Below are positions 23,285 to 31,616 of a stretch of DNA of 32,000 nucleotides, piece by piece. Origin of the DNA: Verrucomicrobiota bacterium (GTDB lineage Bacteria; Verrucomicrobiota; Verrucomicrobiia; Chthoniobacterales; SZAS-18); the NCBI GenBank assembly GCA_018240025.1, contig JAFEGM010000034.1:31639-63638 (forward strand), in the 5' to 3' direction. The notes under the pieces were generated by a model. It ran no database searches. It had not been told where the DNA came from and saw nothing but the letters and a program-made list of their open reading frames with translations. A program made the position numbers and the translations under genes. The first letter of the stretch is position 1, and each line of letters starts with the position of its first letter.

Positions 23285-24118
23285 TCAGGCCGGCGGGAAG
23301 TCCGTCGGCAGCCCCACGGACTCCCACGCGGCGCGCTCTCTTTCGAGTTCGCCGCAGCGACGACGCACCTTCTCGTGGGCGTACTTCCCCAAAACCAGCC
23401 GCATCGGAGGGGAGTCCGCTCGGACTAGCGCCAGGATGGCTTGCGCCGCTTTGGCCGGGTCGCCCGGCTGGCGCCCGGACAAGGTCTCGAGAAAGCGTCC
23501 AAACTTCCCGCTGCTGCGCTCGTAGCCTGGAATGGTCGCCTCCGCCTTCTCCAGCGAGCGGGCGATGAAATCGGTCCGGAACGGCCCTGGCTGCACCAGC
23601 GACACTCGGATGCCGAAGGGAGCCAATTCGGCCCGCAGACTCTCGCTCAACAGCTCGAGCGCCGCCTTGGCTCCGCCGTAGGCGCCGAAGCCCGCGTAAT
23701 TGGAAATCGCGGCTGCGGCACTGAGGTTGACGATATGCCCCCGGCCCTGCGCCCGGAGGGCCGGCAGGAACTCCCGGATGACGCGGAGGGGACCGTGGAA
23801 GTTGGTCTCGAAGCAGCGGCGGATCTGCTCCTCGCTGCATTCTTCCACGGCACCGACGAGGCCGTAGCCGGCATTGTTCACGAGCACATCCACCCGACCC
23901 CACGCTTCCAAGGCGAATTGTCGAGCAGCGGCGACCGAGACCGGATCGGTCACATCCAGCGCGCAGGTCCGGCCTCGGTCGAACTGATCAAAATCGGTGA
24001 TCGAGCGCACGTCGCGGGCCGTGCCAATCAGCCGGTCGCCGCTCTCCAGCACTGCCTCCGCCAGCGCCTTCCCGAACCCGCTCGAACAACCCGTGATGAA
24101 CCAAACCCGTGTATCCAT
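23285..24118 (-). CDS. Classical short-chain dehydrogenase/reductase
   Basis: VWFITGCSSGFGKALA (TGxxxGxG), LVNNAG, S...YGGAKAALE (YxxxK). Confidence 0.85.
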   Translation of the reverse strand: MDTRVWFITGCSSGFGKALAEAVLESGDRLIGTARDVRSITDFDQFDRGRTCALDVTDPVSVAAARQFALEAWGRVDVLVNNAGYGLVGAVEECSEEQIRRCFETNFHGPLRVIREFLPALRAQGRGHIVNLSAAAAISNYAGFGAYGGAKAALELLSESLRAELAPFGIRVSLVQPGPFRTDFIARSLEKAEATIPGYERSSGKFGRFLETLSGRQPGDPAKAAQAILALVRADSPPMRLVLGKYAHEKVRRRCGELERERAAWESVGLPTDFPPA

Positions 24119-24190
24119 TTCCGATTCTCCGCGGCAGCGGACCGGGCGCTACAGAAATCACGGGCTCGCCGACTGAACGATCCGAAATAA

Positions 24191-24207
24191 TTTGACGATC
24201 CGTCAAA
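24191..24207. promoter_or_regulatory. Perfect palindrome TTTGACG-ATC-CGTCAAA. Candidate TetR operator in the SDR/tetR divergent region.
   Basis: 7+3+7 perfect inverted repeat, 20 nt upstream of the tetR ATG. It shares the core TTGACG-N3-CGTCAA with the site at 24983-24997. Confidence 0.55.
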
Positions 24208-24226
24208 ACTCGCTCAAATCGTCGAA

Positions 24227-24964
24227 ATGGCCGCCCCCTGGAAAGAGCGTGAACTGCAGCGTCGTGAGGAGGAGATCCTCCGCGTCGCCCGCCAGTTGCT
24301 GCTCGATCACGGCTACTTCGGCATGACGATGGATCGCATCGCCGCGGGGATCGAGTACTCCAAGGGCACGCTTTATCAGCATTTCGCCTCCAAAGAGGAC
24401 GTGCTGTGCGCCCTGGCGCTCGAGAGCGAGGTCAAGCGCAAGGAGTTCTTCGAGCGGGCGGCGCAGTTCTCCGGTAATGCCCGCGAGCGCATGACAGCCA
24501 TCGGTGCCGCCTACGAGTTGTACTTCCGACTGCATCCGACCTATTTCCGCAGTGAGCAGATGATCCACAGCCAGGAGCTGCTGACCAAGATCAGTCAGGA
24601 GCGGCGCGATCAGGTCATGGTCTGCGGGGCGCGTTGCCACGAGCTGATGACCGGCATCATCGCCGACGCGCAGACCGCCCGGCAGCTGCATCTGCCTGGG
24701 GGCATGACGCCCGGCACGCTCGCCTTTATCCTCTGGAGTCTGACTTCCGGCGCCTACCTGAACATGGCCGATCCCGGCCACCTCGAGCAGATGGGGGTGG
24801 TCAATGCGATCGAGGCCGTGCGCATGGCCTGCCAGACGTTACTGGACGGCCTCGGCTGGCGCCCGCTCAGCAGCGAGCATGATTACTTCGCGGTCGCGAG
24901 CCGCGCTTATGCCGAGATCTTTCCCAAGGAGACCGCCGAAGTCTTCCTGGCCGCCAACCGATAA
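24227..24964 (+). CDS. TetR-family transcriptional regulator
   Basis: N-terminal HTH: REEEILRVARQLLLDHGYFGMTMDRIAAGIEYSKGTLYQHFASKEDVL. Confidence 0.85.
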   Translation: MAAPWKERELQRREEEILRVARQLLLDHGYFGMTMDRIAAGIEYSKGTLYQHFASKEDVLCALALESEVKRKEFFERAAQFSGNARERMTAIGAAYELYFRLHPTYFRSEQMIHSQELLTKISQERRDQVMVCGARCHELMTGIIADAQTARQLHLPGGMTPGTLAFILWSLTSGAYLNMADPGHLEQMGVVNAIEAVRMACQTLLDGLGWRPLSSEHDYFAVASRAYAEIFPKETAEVFLAANR

Positions 24965-24982
24965 ATTTTTTTTGCCCCTGTT

Positions 24983-24997
24983 TTGACGAATCGTCAA
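24983..24997. promoter_or_regulatory. Perfect palindrome TTGACGA-A-TCGTCAA. Candidate TetR operator upstream of the MFP-RND genes.
   Basis: 7+1+7 perfect inverted repeat in an AT-rich spacer that also contains a run of eight T. It lies 40 nt upstream of the MFP ATG and has the same TTGACG-N3-CGTCAA core as 24192-24206. Confidence 0.55.
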
Positions 24998-25036
24998 GTT
25001 TTGGTCACTCCGTTCGACTTCATCCCACCCAGAGCC

Positions 25037-26227
25037 ATGCAACCTCAACCCTCTCCCGAATCGCTCTCCGCCGGACAGATGTTTCGCATTGCGAAGGTCG
25101 CCTTCATCGGCGCCACCATCGTTGGCCTGACCATCGTGGCCGGACTTTCCGGCTGCAGCAAAGCGCCGGTCGAGCGCAAGCTGTCCGCGCTGCCGGTGCA
25201 TGTCCTGCCCGCGCGGGAACCGCAGCCGGCCGACTTCGCCGAGGCTCCGCGCCTGCTGGGCGCCGTCCGGGGCGACGTCGAGACGACGCTCAGCTTCCGC
25301 ATGGGCGGACTCATCGAGTGGATCGGGCCCGACAACGACAGCCGCGGCTGGCGCGAAGGGACGGTGGTCAAGGCGGGGGCGCCGCTGGCGCGCCTGATCG
25401 ACACCGATTTCCAAAGCGCCGTCTCCGCCGCCCAGGCCGCGGTCGAGCGCGAACGTGCGGCCTTCGAACGCACGCAGAAACTGGTGGCTGACAAAGTCGT
25501 GTCGCCGCAGGACTTCGACCGCGCCAAGGCCGCGGCGGACGCCGCCGAAGCGGAACTGCGCAAGGCCAAGCAGGCGCTGGCGGACAGCATCATCATGGCG
25601 CCGGCCGATGGCGTGATCCTGAGCCGTCAAATGGAGCGCGGCGAGATGGCCGCCCCGGGCAATCCCGTGCTCCGCTTTGGCGACTTTCGCCGCATGTCGG
25701 TCACGCTGGCGGTGCCGGATCGCTGGATCGGCTTCTTCCGCGTGGGCGGACAGATTCCCTTCACCGTCTCGGCCTACGAGGGTCGGCCGTTCGTGGGGGT
25801 GATCAGCGAGGTCGGAGTGGCCGCGCGCTCCACCGACCGCCTGTTCAAGGTCGAACTGAAGATCGACAATGCCGACGGTGCGCTGCGCAGCGGTATGACC
25901 GCCTCGGTGCCGATCGTCGCGGCCGACCTCATCTCGAAGGCGACCGGCAAGGCGCTGGTCGTGCCGCTGGCCGCGCTGAGCACGCGGGCTGTCGCCGGTA
26001 AGGCTGCGCAGATCATCGTCTACGTGGTCGATGCGCAGAACGTGGCCCGCGAGCGCGTCGTCGAGACCGGCGAGATCGTCGGCAGCAGCATTCTCATCAC
26101 CGGCGGCGAACTCCGCAGCGGTGAACGCGTCATTTCCTCTGCCAGCGACGAGCTGCATCCGGGCGCGCCGGTGGTGGTGATCTCGGAAAGCCCCACTGCC
26201 AGCCGCGCCTCGCTCGCTCGCCGGTAG
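25037..26227 (+). CDS. RND efflux periplasmic adaptor (membrane fusion protein), lipoprotein-type
   Basis: Lipobox AGLSGC, lipoyl-like VVKAGAPLARLIDTDF, coiled coil, IIMAPADGVILSRQMERGEMAAPG, beta-barrel and MP-domain-like tail. ATG at 25037. The tracked TTG at 24983 lies inside the operator and was rejected. Confidence 0.85.
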   Translation: MQPQPSPESLSAGQMFRIAKVAFIGATIVGLTIVAGLSGCSKAPVERKLSALPVHVLPAREPQPADFAEAPRLLGAVRGDVETTLSFRMGGLIEWIGPDNDSRGWREGTVVKAGAPLARLIDTDFQSAVSAAQAAVERERAAFERTQKLVADKVVSPQDFDRAKAAADAAEAELRKAKQALADSIIMAPADGVILSRQMERGEMAAPGNPVLRFGDFRRMSVTLAVPDRWIGFFRVGGQIPFTVSAYEGRPFVGVISEVGVAARSTDRLFKVELKIDNADGALRSGMTASVPIVAADLISKATGKALVVPLAALSTRAVAGKAAQIIVYVVDAQNVARERVVETGEIVGSSILITGGELRSGERVISSASDELHPGAPVVVISESPTASRASLARR

Positions 26228-26418
26228 AGCAGCGCCTGCGGCGAGCGGTTATCGAGAGCGAGGACGACGACGAGAGACGGACGGACCCGAACCAACCCAG
26301 AGCCGCTGGGCTCCTGGATCTGCCGCCCTCTCACCGTCGCTTCGACCGCTCCGCCGCAGGCGCAAACTCCTTCCCGTCTCGTCTTCATCTTTCGCATCGC
26401 ACCCGCTGCCGCCCTCCC

Positions 26419-29400
26419 ATGCACTCCGCTTCCACTCCTCCCGCCCAGGCGGGTGGCCTCGCCCGCTACTTCGTCGAGCATCGCGAGGTCTCATGGCTCT
26501 TCCTCATCGCCACGCTGATTCTCGGCGCGGTCGCCTACCTCAAGCTGCCGCAGCAGGAGGACCCGAACATCCCGCTGCGCGGTGCGATTGTCGTCACGCA
26601 GTGGGACGGCGCCACGGCCTCGAAGATCGAGGATCTCGTCACCCGTAAGCTCGAGAAGAAGATCAGCGAACTCGGCTCGCTCGAGAAGATGATCAGCACC
26701 TCGCGCGCCGGGCTTTCGCTCATCCGCCTCGAGGTGAAGGCGCAGCCGCAGAATCTGATCGACGGCGAATGGGACAAGCTGCGCGCCAAACTGGCGGAGG
26801 TCCCGCTGCCGGCCGGCTGCGGCGCGCCGCGGCTCGATTCCGATTTCGGCAACTCCAAGACGCTGCTGCTCACCGTGACGAGCGAGCCGGTCAGCGAGGC
26901 CGAGATCCAGGCGCGCACGGTCCTGCTGCAACGGGCCCTGGCCAGCCTGCGCGAAGGCGCGACTGGTGAGCGCACGGCCTTCGCGTTCTTCGCGGCCCCG
27001 CAGACGCCGGCCGGTACGCGGGCCGAGCATCTGCGCCGACTGCTCGCGTTCGTCGCGAATCAACAGCTCGGGACCGATGTCCGTTCGGCGCAGGGCGAAT
27101 CGTGGCAGGTGGTCGATTTCTCCTCCACGCTCCCCGCCGCCGACATCGCCGCCGCGCTGGCGCGCTTCGAACGCGGCTTGCGCGGCAGCGACCGCGAGCT
27201 GCATCCGGAAGCCTGGGACCCGTTCATCCTCGCGCCCGGCACCGACATCGCCGCTCTGCTCCGCTCGCGTGAGATGCCCCGCTACGGCTATCGTGCCTTG
27301 GAGAAGGCCGCCGAGGACCTGGAGGACCGCCTCAAGCAGGTCTCCGGCGTGGGCAAGACGGAAATCTACGGCCGCGTCCGTGAGGTGGTCAATCTGCGCT
27401 TCACCCCGCAGTCGGCCGCCGGCTACCGGGTCGATGTGGCCAGCGCCACCGGCGCACTCGCGGCGCGCAATCTCGTCGTCGCGGGCGGCTCGCTCTCGGC
27501 CGACGGACGCGACTTCCCGGTGCAGTTCTCGGGCGAGTTTCGCAATGTGGACGATCTGCTCGGCACCGTCGTCGGCATGGGCGGCAACGGCCGACCCGTC
27601 TATGCCCGCGACCTGTTCGAGGCGGAGCGCGGCTACGACAATCCCATCGCCTTCCGCATCGAGACGCTGGCCCGGCTGAAGCCGGAAACCCCGCTCGTGC
27701 CGCTGCGCTCGGTCATGCTGACGGTCGAGATGAAGGAAGGGCAGGTCATCCAGAAGTTCGACCGCGAGGTGCGGGCGGCCACGGCCGAGATGCAGGCGAA
27801 GTTCCCGGCCGGTCTGCGCATCGAACGCGTCTCCGATCAGCCGCGCTCGGTCGATGAGCGCGTGCGCAATCTGCTCCGGGCATTTTTCGAAGCGCTCCTC
27901 GTGGTCATCGTCGTCAGCCTGCTGCTGATGGACTGGCGTTCGGCCGTGGTGGTGGCGCTGGCGGTACCGCTGACGCTGGCCATGACGCTGGTCGGATTGT
28001 GGATCTTCGGCGTGCCGATCCACCAGCTCTCCATCGCGGCACTCATCATCTCGCTCGGCATGCTGGTCGATGACCCCGTCGTGGCGACCGACGGCATCAA
28101 TCGTGAACTCGCCGCGGGCCACTCGCGCACGGTGGCGGCCTGGTTCGGGCCGTTCCGCCTGCGCCGGGCGATCCTCTTCGGGACGATCATCAACATCTTC
28201 GCGTTCCTGCCGATGATCCTCCTCCCGAGCGACGTGGGCGCGTTCGTGAAGGCGCTGCCGATCGGCGTCACGCTCTCGCTCATCGCCTCGCGCATCGTTT
28301 CGATGACGTTTGTCCCGCTGCTCGGCAGCTACCTGCTCCGCGGGCAGAAGGGCCTCGAGGAAGGCGGCGAGGTGCGGAAGTTCCCGCTCTTCCGCTGGGT
28401 CGATCAACTCATGCTTTGGGCGCTGCCGCGCTATCGGCGCCTGCTCGAGTCGGCCCTGGCGCATCCCTACCGCGCCGTCGGCGTGGGCGGAGCGGCGCTG
28501 ATGGCCTCGTTCGCGCTCGTGCCCTTCATCGGCGCGCAGTTCTTCCCCTCGGCTGACCGCAATCAGTTCCTCATCGACATCAAGCTGCCGGAGTCGGCCA
28601 CCATCACGCAAACCCGCGCCGTGGCGGCACAAGTGCGAGACGCCCTGCGGAACGATCCGCGCGTGGTCAATGCCGCCTTCTTCCTCGGCGGCACCACGCC
28701 CCGGTTCTACTACAACATCGAGTCCTTCCCGGCGGAGCCGAGCGTGGCCACGGCGATCGTGAACACGCGCACCTCCACGGACACGCCCGGCCTGATCAGG
28801 GACCTGCGAGCGAAGTTCGACGGCCAGGTGGCGGGCGCGCGCATTCTCGTGAAGCCGCTGGAGCAGGGGCCGCCGGTGGGCGCGCCGATCCAGGTGCGCG
28901 TCAGCGGCGACGATCGCGACGCCTTGCGTGGCGTGGCCGATCAGGTCGCCACCGCGCTGCGGCAGGCCGGCGCCTACAAGGTGCAGGACGATCTCGGCCG
29001 CCGGCAGCCGAACCTGCGCGTGGAAATCGACCAGGACCGCGCCAATACCCTCGGGGTGGACAATGCGCGCGTGGCCAATCTTGCCCGCGTTTCCTTCACC
29101 GGCCTGACCGCCACCGAATTGCGCGAAGGCGATCACCTCGTGCCGGTCCGCTTCCAGATCGAGGAGGCCGAGCGCACGGAACTGTCGCGCCTGGCGGGCT
29201 TCTACGCGGAGTCGTCCTCGGGCAATGCGATTCCGCTGGCCGCCTTCGCCGATGTGAAGCTGCAACCGGAGTTCGCCCGCCTCGCCCGTTACAACCAGCT
29301 GCGCACGGTCACCGTCAGCGCCTACGCCCAGGGCGCCGAGCTGCCGGCCGCGGTGCTCGAGCGCGCGCGTCCGGCCGTGGCGGCGATCGTGCTCCCGCCG

Positions 29401-29943
29401 GGCGTGAAGATGGCCTTCGGTGCGGAGGACGAGAAGATCGAGGAGAGCAATCAGTCGATGCTTCTCGTCATGCTGCTGTCGGTCGGGCTCATCGCGCTGA
29501 CCATGGTCATCCAGTTCAACAGCGTGGTGAAGGCGCTCACCGTCATGGTGGTCACGCCGCTCGGGATGATCGGCGCGCTGGTCGGTCTGGCCGTGCTCAA
29601 GGCGCCGCTGGGCTTCATGGCCATGATCGGCCTCGTCAGCCTGGTGGGCGTCATCGTCAGCCACATCATCGTGCTCTCCGACTACATCGAGGAGGCCCGC
29701 GCCGAGGGCATGGCGCTGCAGGATGCCCTGATCCAGGCCGGCCTGGTGCGGCTCCGCGCGGTGCTGGCCACGACCTTCGCCACGGTGGGCGGCCTCATCC
29801 CGCTCAACCTCAGCGGCGGCTCGCTCTGGTCTTCGCTCACCGCGGTGCACATCTTCGGCCTGCTCTTCGCCACGATGCTCACGCTCATTCTGCTGCCGGT
29901 CGTGTATTACCTCTTCGCCGCCCGCTGGAGGTGGATCCGGTGA
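26419..29943 (+). CDS. RND-superfamily efflux transporter (AcrB/AcrD/AcrF-like), 1174 aa
   Basis: N-terminus LARYFVEHREVSWLFLIATLILGAVAYLKLPQQEDPNIP. 12-TM architecture with two large periplasmic loops. Conserved TM4 region ALIISLGMLVDDPVV. Confidence 0.9.
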   Translation: MHSASTPPAQAGGLARYFVEHREVSWLFLIATLILGAVAYLKLPQQEDPNIPLRGAIVVTQWDGATASKIEDLVTRKLEKKISELGSLEKMISTSRAGLSLIRLEVKAQPQNLIDGEWDKLRAKLAEVPLPAGCGAPRLDSDFGNSKTLLLTVTSEPVSEAEIQARTVLLQRALASLREGATGERTAFAFFAAPQTPAGTRAEHLRRLLAFVANQQLGTDVRSAQGESWQVVDFSSTLPAADIAAALARFERGLRGSDRELHPEAWDPFILAPGTDIAALLRSREMPRYGYRALEKAAEDLEDRLKQVSGVGKTEIYGRVREVVNLRFTPQSAAGYRVDVASATGALAARNLVVAGGSLSADGRDFPVQFSGEFRNVDDLLGTVVGMGGNGRPVYARDLFEAERGYDNPIAFRIETLARLKPETPLVPLRSVMLTVEMKEGQVIQKFDREVRAATAEMQAKFPAGLRIERVSDQPRSVDERVRNLLRAFFEALLVVIVVSLLLMDWRSAVVVALAVPLTLAMTLVGLWIFGVPIHQLSIAALIISLGMLVDDPVVATDGINRELAAGHSRTVAAWFGPFRLRRAILFGTIINIFAFLPMILLPSDVGAFVKALPIGVTLSLIASRIVSMTFVPLLGSYLLRGQKGLEEGGEVRKFPLFRWVDQLMLWALPRYRRLLESALAHPYRAVGVGGAALMASFALVPFIGAQFFPSADRNQFLIDIKLPESATITQTRAVAAQVRDALRNDPRVVNAAFFLGGTTPRFYYNIESFPAEPSVATAIVNTRTSTDTPGLIRDLRAKFDGQVAGARILVKPLEQGPPVGAPIQVRVSGDDRDALRGVADQVATALRQAGAYKVQDDLGRRQPNLRVEIDQDRANTLGVDNARVANLARVSFTGLTATELREGDHLVPVRFQIEEAERTELSRLAGFYAESSSGNAIPLAAFADVKLQPEFARLARYNQLRTVTVSAYAQGAELPAAVLERARPAVAAIVLPPGVKMAFGAEDEKIEESNQSMLLVMLLSVGLIALTMVIQFNSVVKALTVMVVTPLGMIGALVGLAVLKAPLGFMAMIGLVSLVGVIVSHIIVLSDYIEEARAEGMALQDALIQAGLVRLRAVLATTFATVGGLIPLNLSGGSLWSSLTAVHIFGLLFATMLTLILLPVVYYLFAARWRWIR

Positions 29944-29945
29944 AA

Positions 29946-30188
29946 ATGGCGGCTGCGTCGCTCCGCCCGCTCGGCCCGCCGCCGAGCAGGCTCGAGCGGG
30001 GGACTGACTCGCCGACGGCCCCGGACACCGGCGACGCAACCGCCGCCTCGGCGACGGACCTCGCGCTCGACTTCCTCCTCGCCAGCGCGGCCTGCGAAGT
30101 GCCGCTCGATGTCGCAGACTACCAAGCCTCCCGGCGCGCGCGTTCGCGCAGCTCGGCGAGACGGTTGAGGATTGAAGATTGGTCGTGA
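29946..30188 (+). CDS. Possible small ORF (80 aa) immediately downstream of the RND gene. Speculative.
   Basis: ATG lies 3 nt after the RND TGA. By eye, third-position G/C is well above the window average. No TM segment or domain is recognisable, and the sequence is low-complexity. Confidence 0.25.
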   Translation: MAAASLRPLGPPPSRLERGTDSPTAPDTGDATAASATDLALDFLLASAACEVPLDVADYQASRRARSRSSARRLRIEDWS

Positions 30189-30245
30189 CGGCGAGCGGCC
30201 CAGCAACGGATCCGATCCCGCGGCACCACCCAAACCGCAGAAAAC

Positions 30246-30587
30246 TCAGACGATGCGCAACGACTCCACCGGCGTGCCGCCGCGGAGGTGCTCCTGGATG
30301 ATGCGCTCCAGATTCTCGGGGGTGCAGGAGTGGTACCAGACGCCCTCCGGGTAGACCACGGCGATCGGCCCCTGGGCGCAGATGCGCAGGCAGCCGGCCT
30401 TGGTGCGAAAGACGCCGCCGTCCCCGACCAAGCGCAACTCTTTCAGCCGGAGTTTGAGGAACTCCCAGCTCGCGCGCCCGACCTCGCGCGGACAGCATTT
30501 GCACTCCTCGGCGTCGACGCAGAGGAAGATGTGGCGCTGCACGCGATCGGCTCCGACGGCGGCGGCGAGGGCGGCGAGTTCGGGCAT
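30246..30587 (-). CDS. Thioredoxin-like [2Fe-2S] ferredoxin
   Basis: HIFLCVD...CKCC...KAGCLRICAQGPIAVVYPEGVWYHSCTPENLERIIQEHLRGG matches the thioredoxin-fold 2Fe-2S ferredoxin pattern, including the Cys ligand spacing. Confidence 0.8.
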   Translation of the reverse strand: MPELAALAAAVGADRVQRHIFLCVDAEECKCCPREVGRASWEFLKLRLKELRLVGDGGVFRTKAGCLRICAQGPIAVVYPEGVWYHSCTPENLERIIQEHLRGGTPVESLRIV

Positions 30588-30664
30588 GCGCTCCGATACC
30601 CGCGCGAGCCCGGCGTCGCAATTCCGGTTGCCGCCGCCGCGACGAACGCGGAGAGCGCGGCGGC

Positions 30665-31501
30665 ATGCCCACCTTGCTCCTGCCCTACGAACCCCCGCTC
30701 GCGTGGGATGCGCTGCTGGCTTTCCTAGCCGCCCGGGCGGTGGTGGGGGTCGAGGCGGTGGTGGAGGGAGCTTACCTGCGGACGGTCGAATGCGGCGGGC
30801 ACCGCGGCTGGCTGAGCGCCCGGGCTGATCTGGACGCTGCAGGCATCACGGTGGAACTCGCCCCCACCTTGGCCCCGGTGCAGGAGGCGGTCGCGCAGCG
30901 CCTGCGGTCTCTCTTTGACCTGGATTGCCGGCCGGCGGTGATCGAGGCCGCGTTGCCAGACCTTCCGCCCGGGCCGGCCGGACTGCGCGTACCGGGCGCA
31001 TTCGATGGCTTCGAAATCGCGGTGCGGGCCATTCTTGGCCAGCAGGTCACGGTGGCGGCGGCGACCACGCTCGCGCGCCGCTTCGGCCATCGCTTCGGCG
31101 AGCCCATCGCCGGAGCTCCCGCGCCGCTCGATCGCTTGACCCCGCGCGCGGAAGTGGTGGTCGCTGCGAGCCAGGATGAACTGGGTCAGATGGGCATCAT
31201 TCGCACCCGCGGTGCCGCCATCCGCGCGCTGGCCGCCGCCGTGGCTGATGGCACCCTCACGCTCGGGCCCGGGCAGCCGCCGGCCGAGACCATGGCCCGG
31301 TTGCGCACGCTGCCGGGGGTCGGCGACTGGACCGCGCAATACATCGCTCTCCGCGCGCTGGCTTGGCGCGATGCCTTCCCGAGCGGTGACATCGCACTGC
31401 AGAAGGCTGCAGGTCTGCCCGCCAAGGCCTTGCTCGCCCGGGCCGAAGCCTGGCGTCCGTGGCGCGCCTACGCCGTGATGCGGCTCTGGTGCAGCCTTTA
31501 G
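30665..31501 (+). CDS. alkA: DNA-3-methyladenine glycosylase II (AlkA family, HhH-GPD)
   Basis: AlkA N-terminal domain, then AILGQQVTVAAATTLARRF, and the HhH-GPD motif LRTLPGVGDWTAQYIALRAL with catalytic Asp context FPSGDIAL. Confidence 0.85.
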   Translation: MPTLLLPYEPPLAWDALLAFLAARAVVGVEAVVEGAYLRTVECGGHRGWLSARADLDAAGITVELAPTLAPVQEAVAQRLRSLFDLDCRPAVIEAALPDLPPGPAGLRVPGAFDGFEIAVRAILGQQVTVAAATTLARRFGHRFGEPIAGAPAPLDRLTPRAEVVVAASQDELGQMGIIRTRGAAIRALAAAVADGTLTLGPGQPPAETMARLRTLPGVGDWTAQYIALRALAWRDAFPSGDIALQKAAGLPAKALLARAEAWRPWRAYAVMRLWCSL

Positions 31502-31616
31502 AGCTTCGCGCCCCGGACGTTTGGGGGCAGCGCCGGCGGCCAGAATTCGCCCGTCATCGCCCGATTCCGCCACCCTTTTCGGATGTCGGAACCCCCTCTC
31601 TGTGCCAAGTTCCGCG

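Noticed and set aside
24983-25036. TTG start at 24983 given by the ORF track for the adaptor protein.
   Set aside because: The TTG is the first base triplet of the palindromic operator. The extra 18 residues precede the obvious lipoprotein signal sequence. ATG at 25037 (or 25079) is more plausible.
26263-26383. Purine-rich tract (gacgacgacgagagacgg) and a complementary pyrimidine tract (ccgtctcgtc) inside the MFP-RND spacer, which might form a long-range stem.
   Set aside because: Only about 10 bp pair, with a 2-nt bulge and a roughly 90-nt loop. That is within chance expectation for GC-rich DNA, and I saw no supporting covariation. The spacer length itself is noted under the efflux finding instead.
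26491-30672. 1393-aa ORF on the minus strand opposite the RND transporter. This is the longest ORF in the window.
   Set aside because: It lies antisense to a clearly recognisable 12-TM RND gene. Its composition is dominated by R/G/A/D/H/E with no hydrophobic or domain structure, so it is a shadow frame. The same reasoning applies to 10227..12656(+), 20596..22305(-), 7496..9454(-), 14846..16519(-), 17851..19284(-), 16968..18062(-), 24839..26158(-) and 20484..22241(+).
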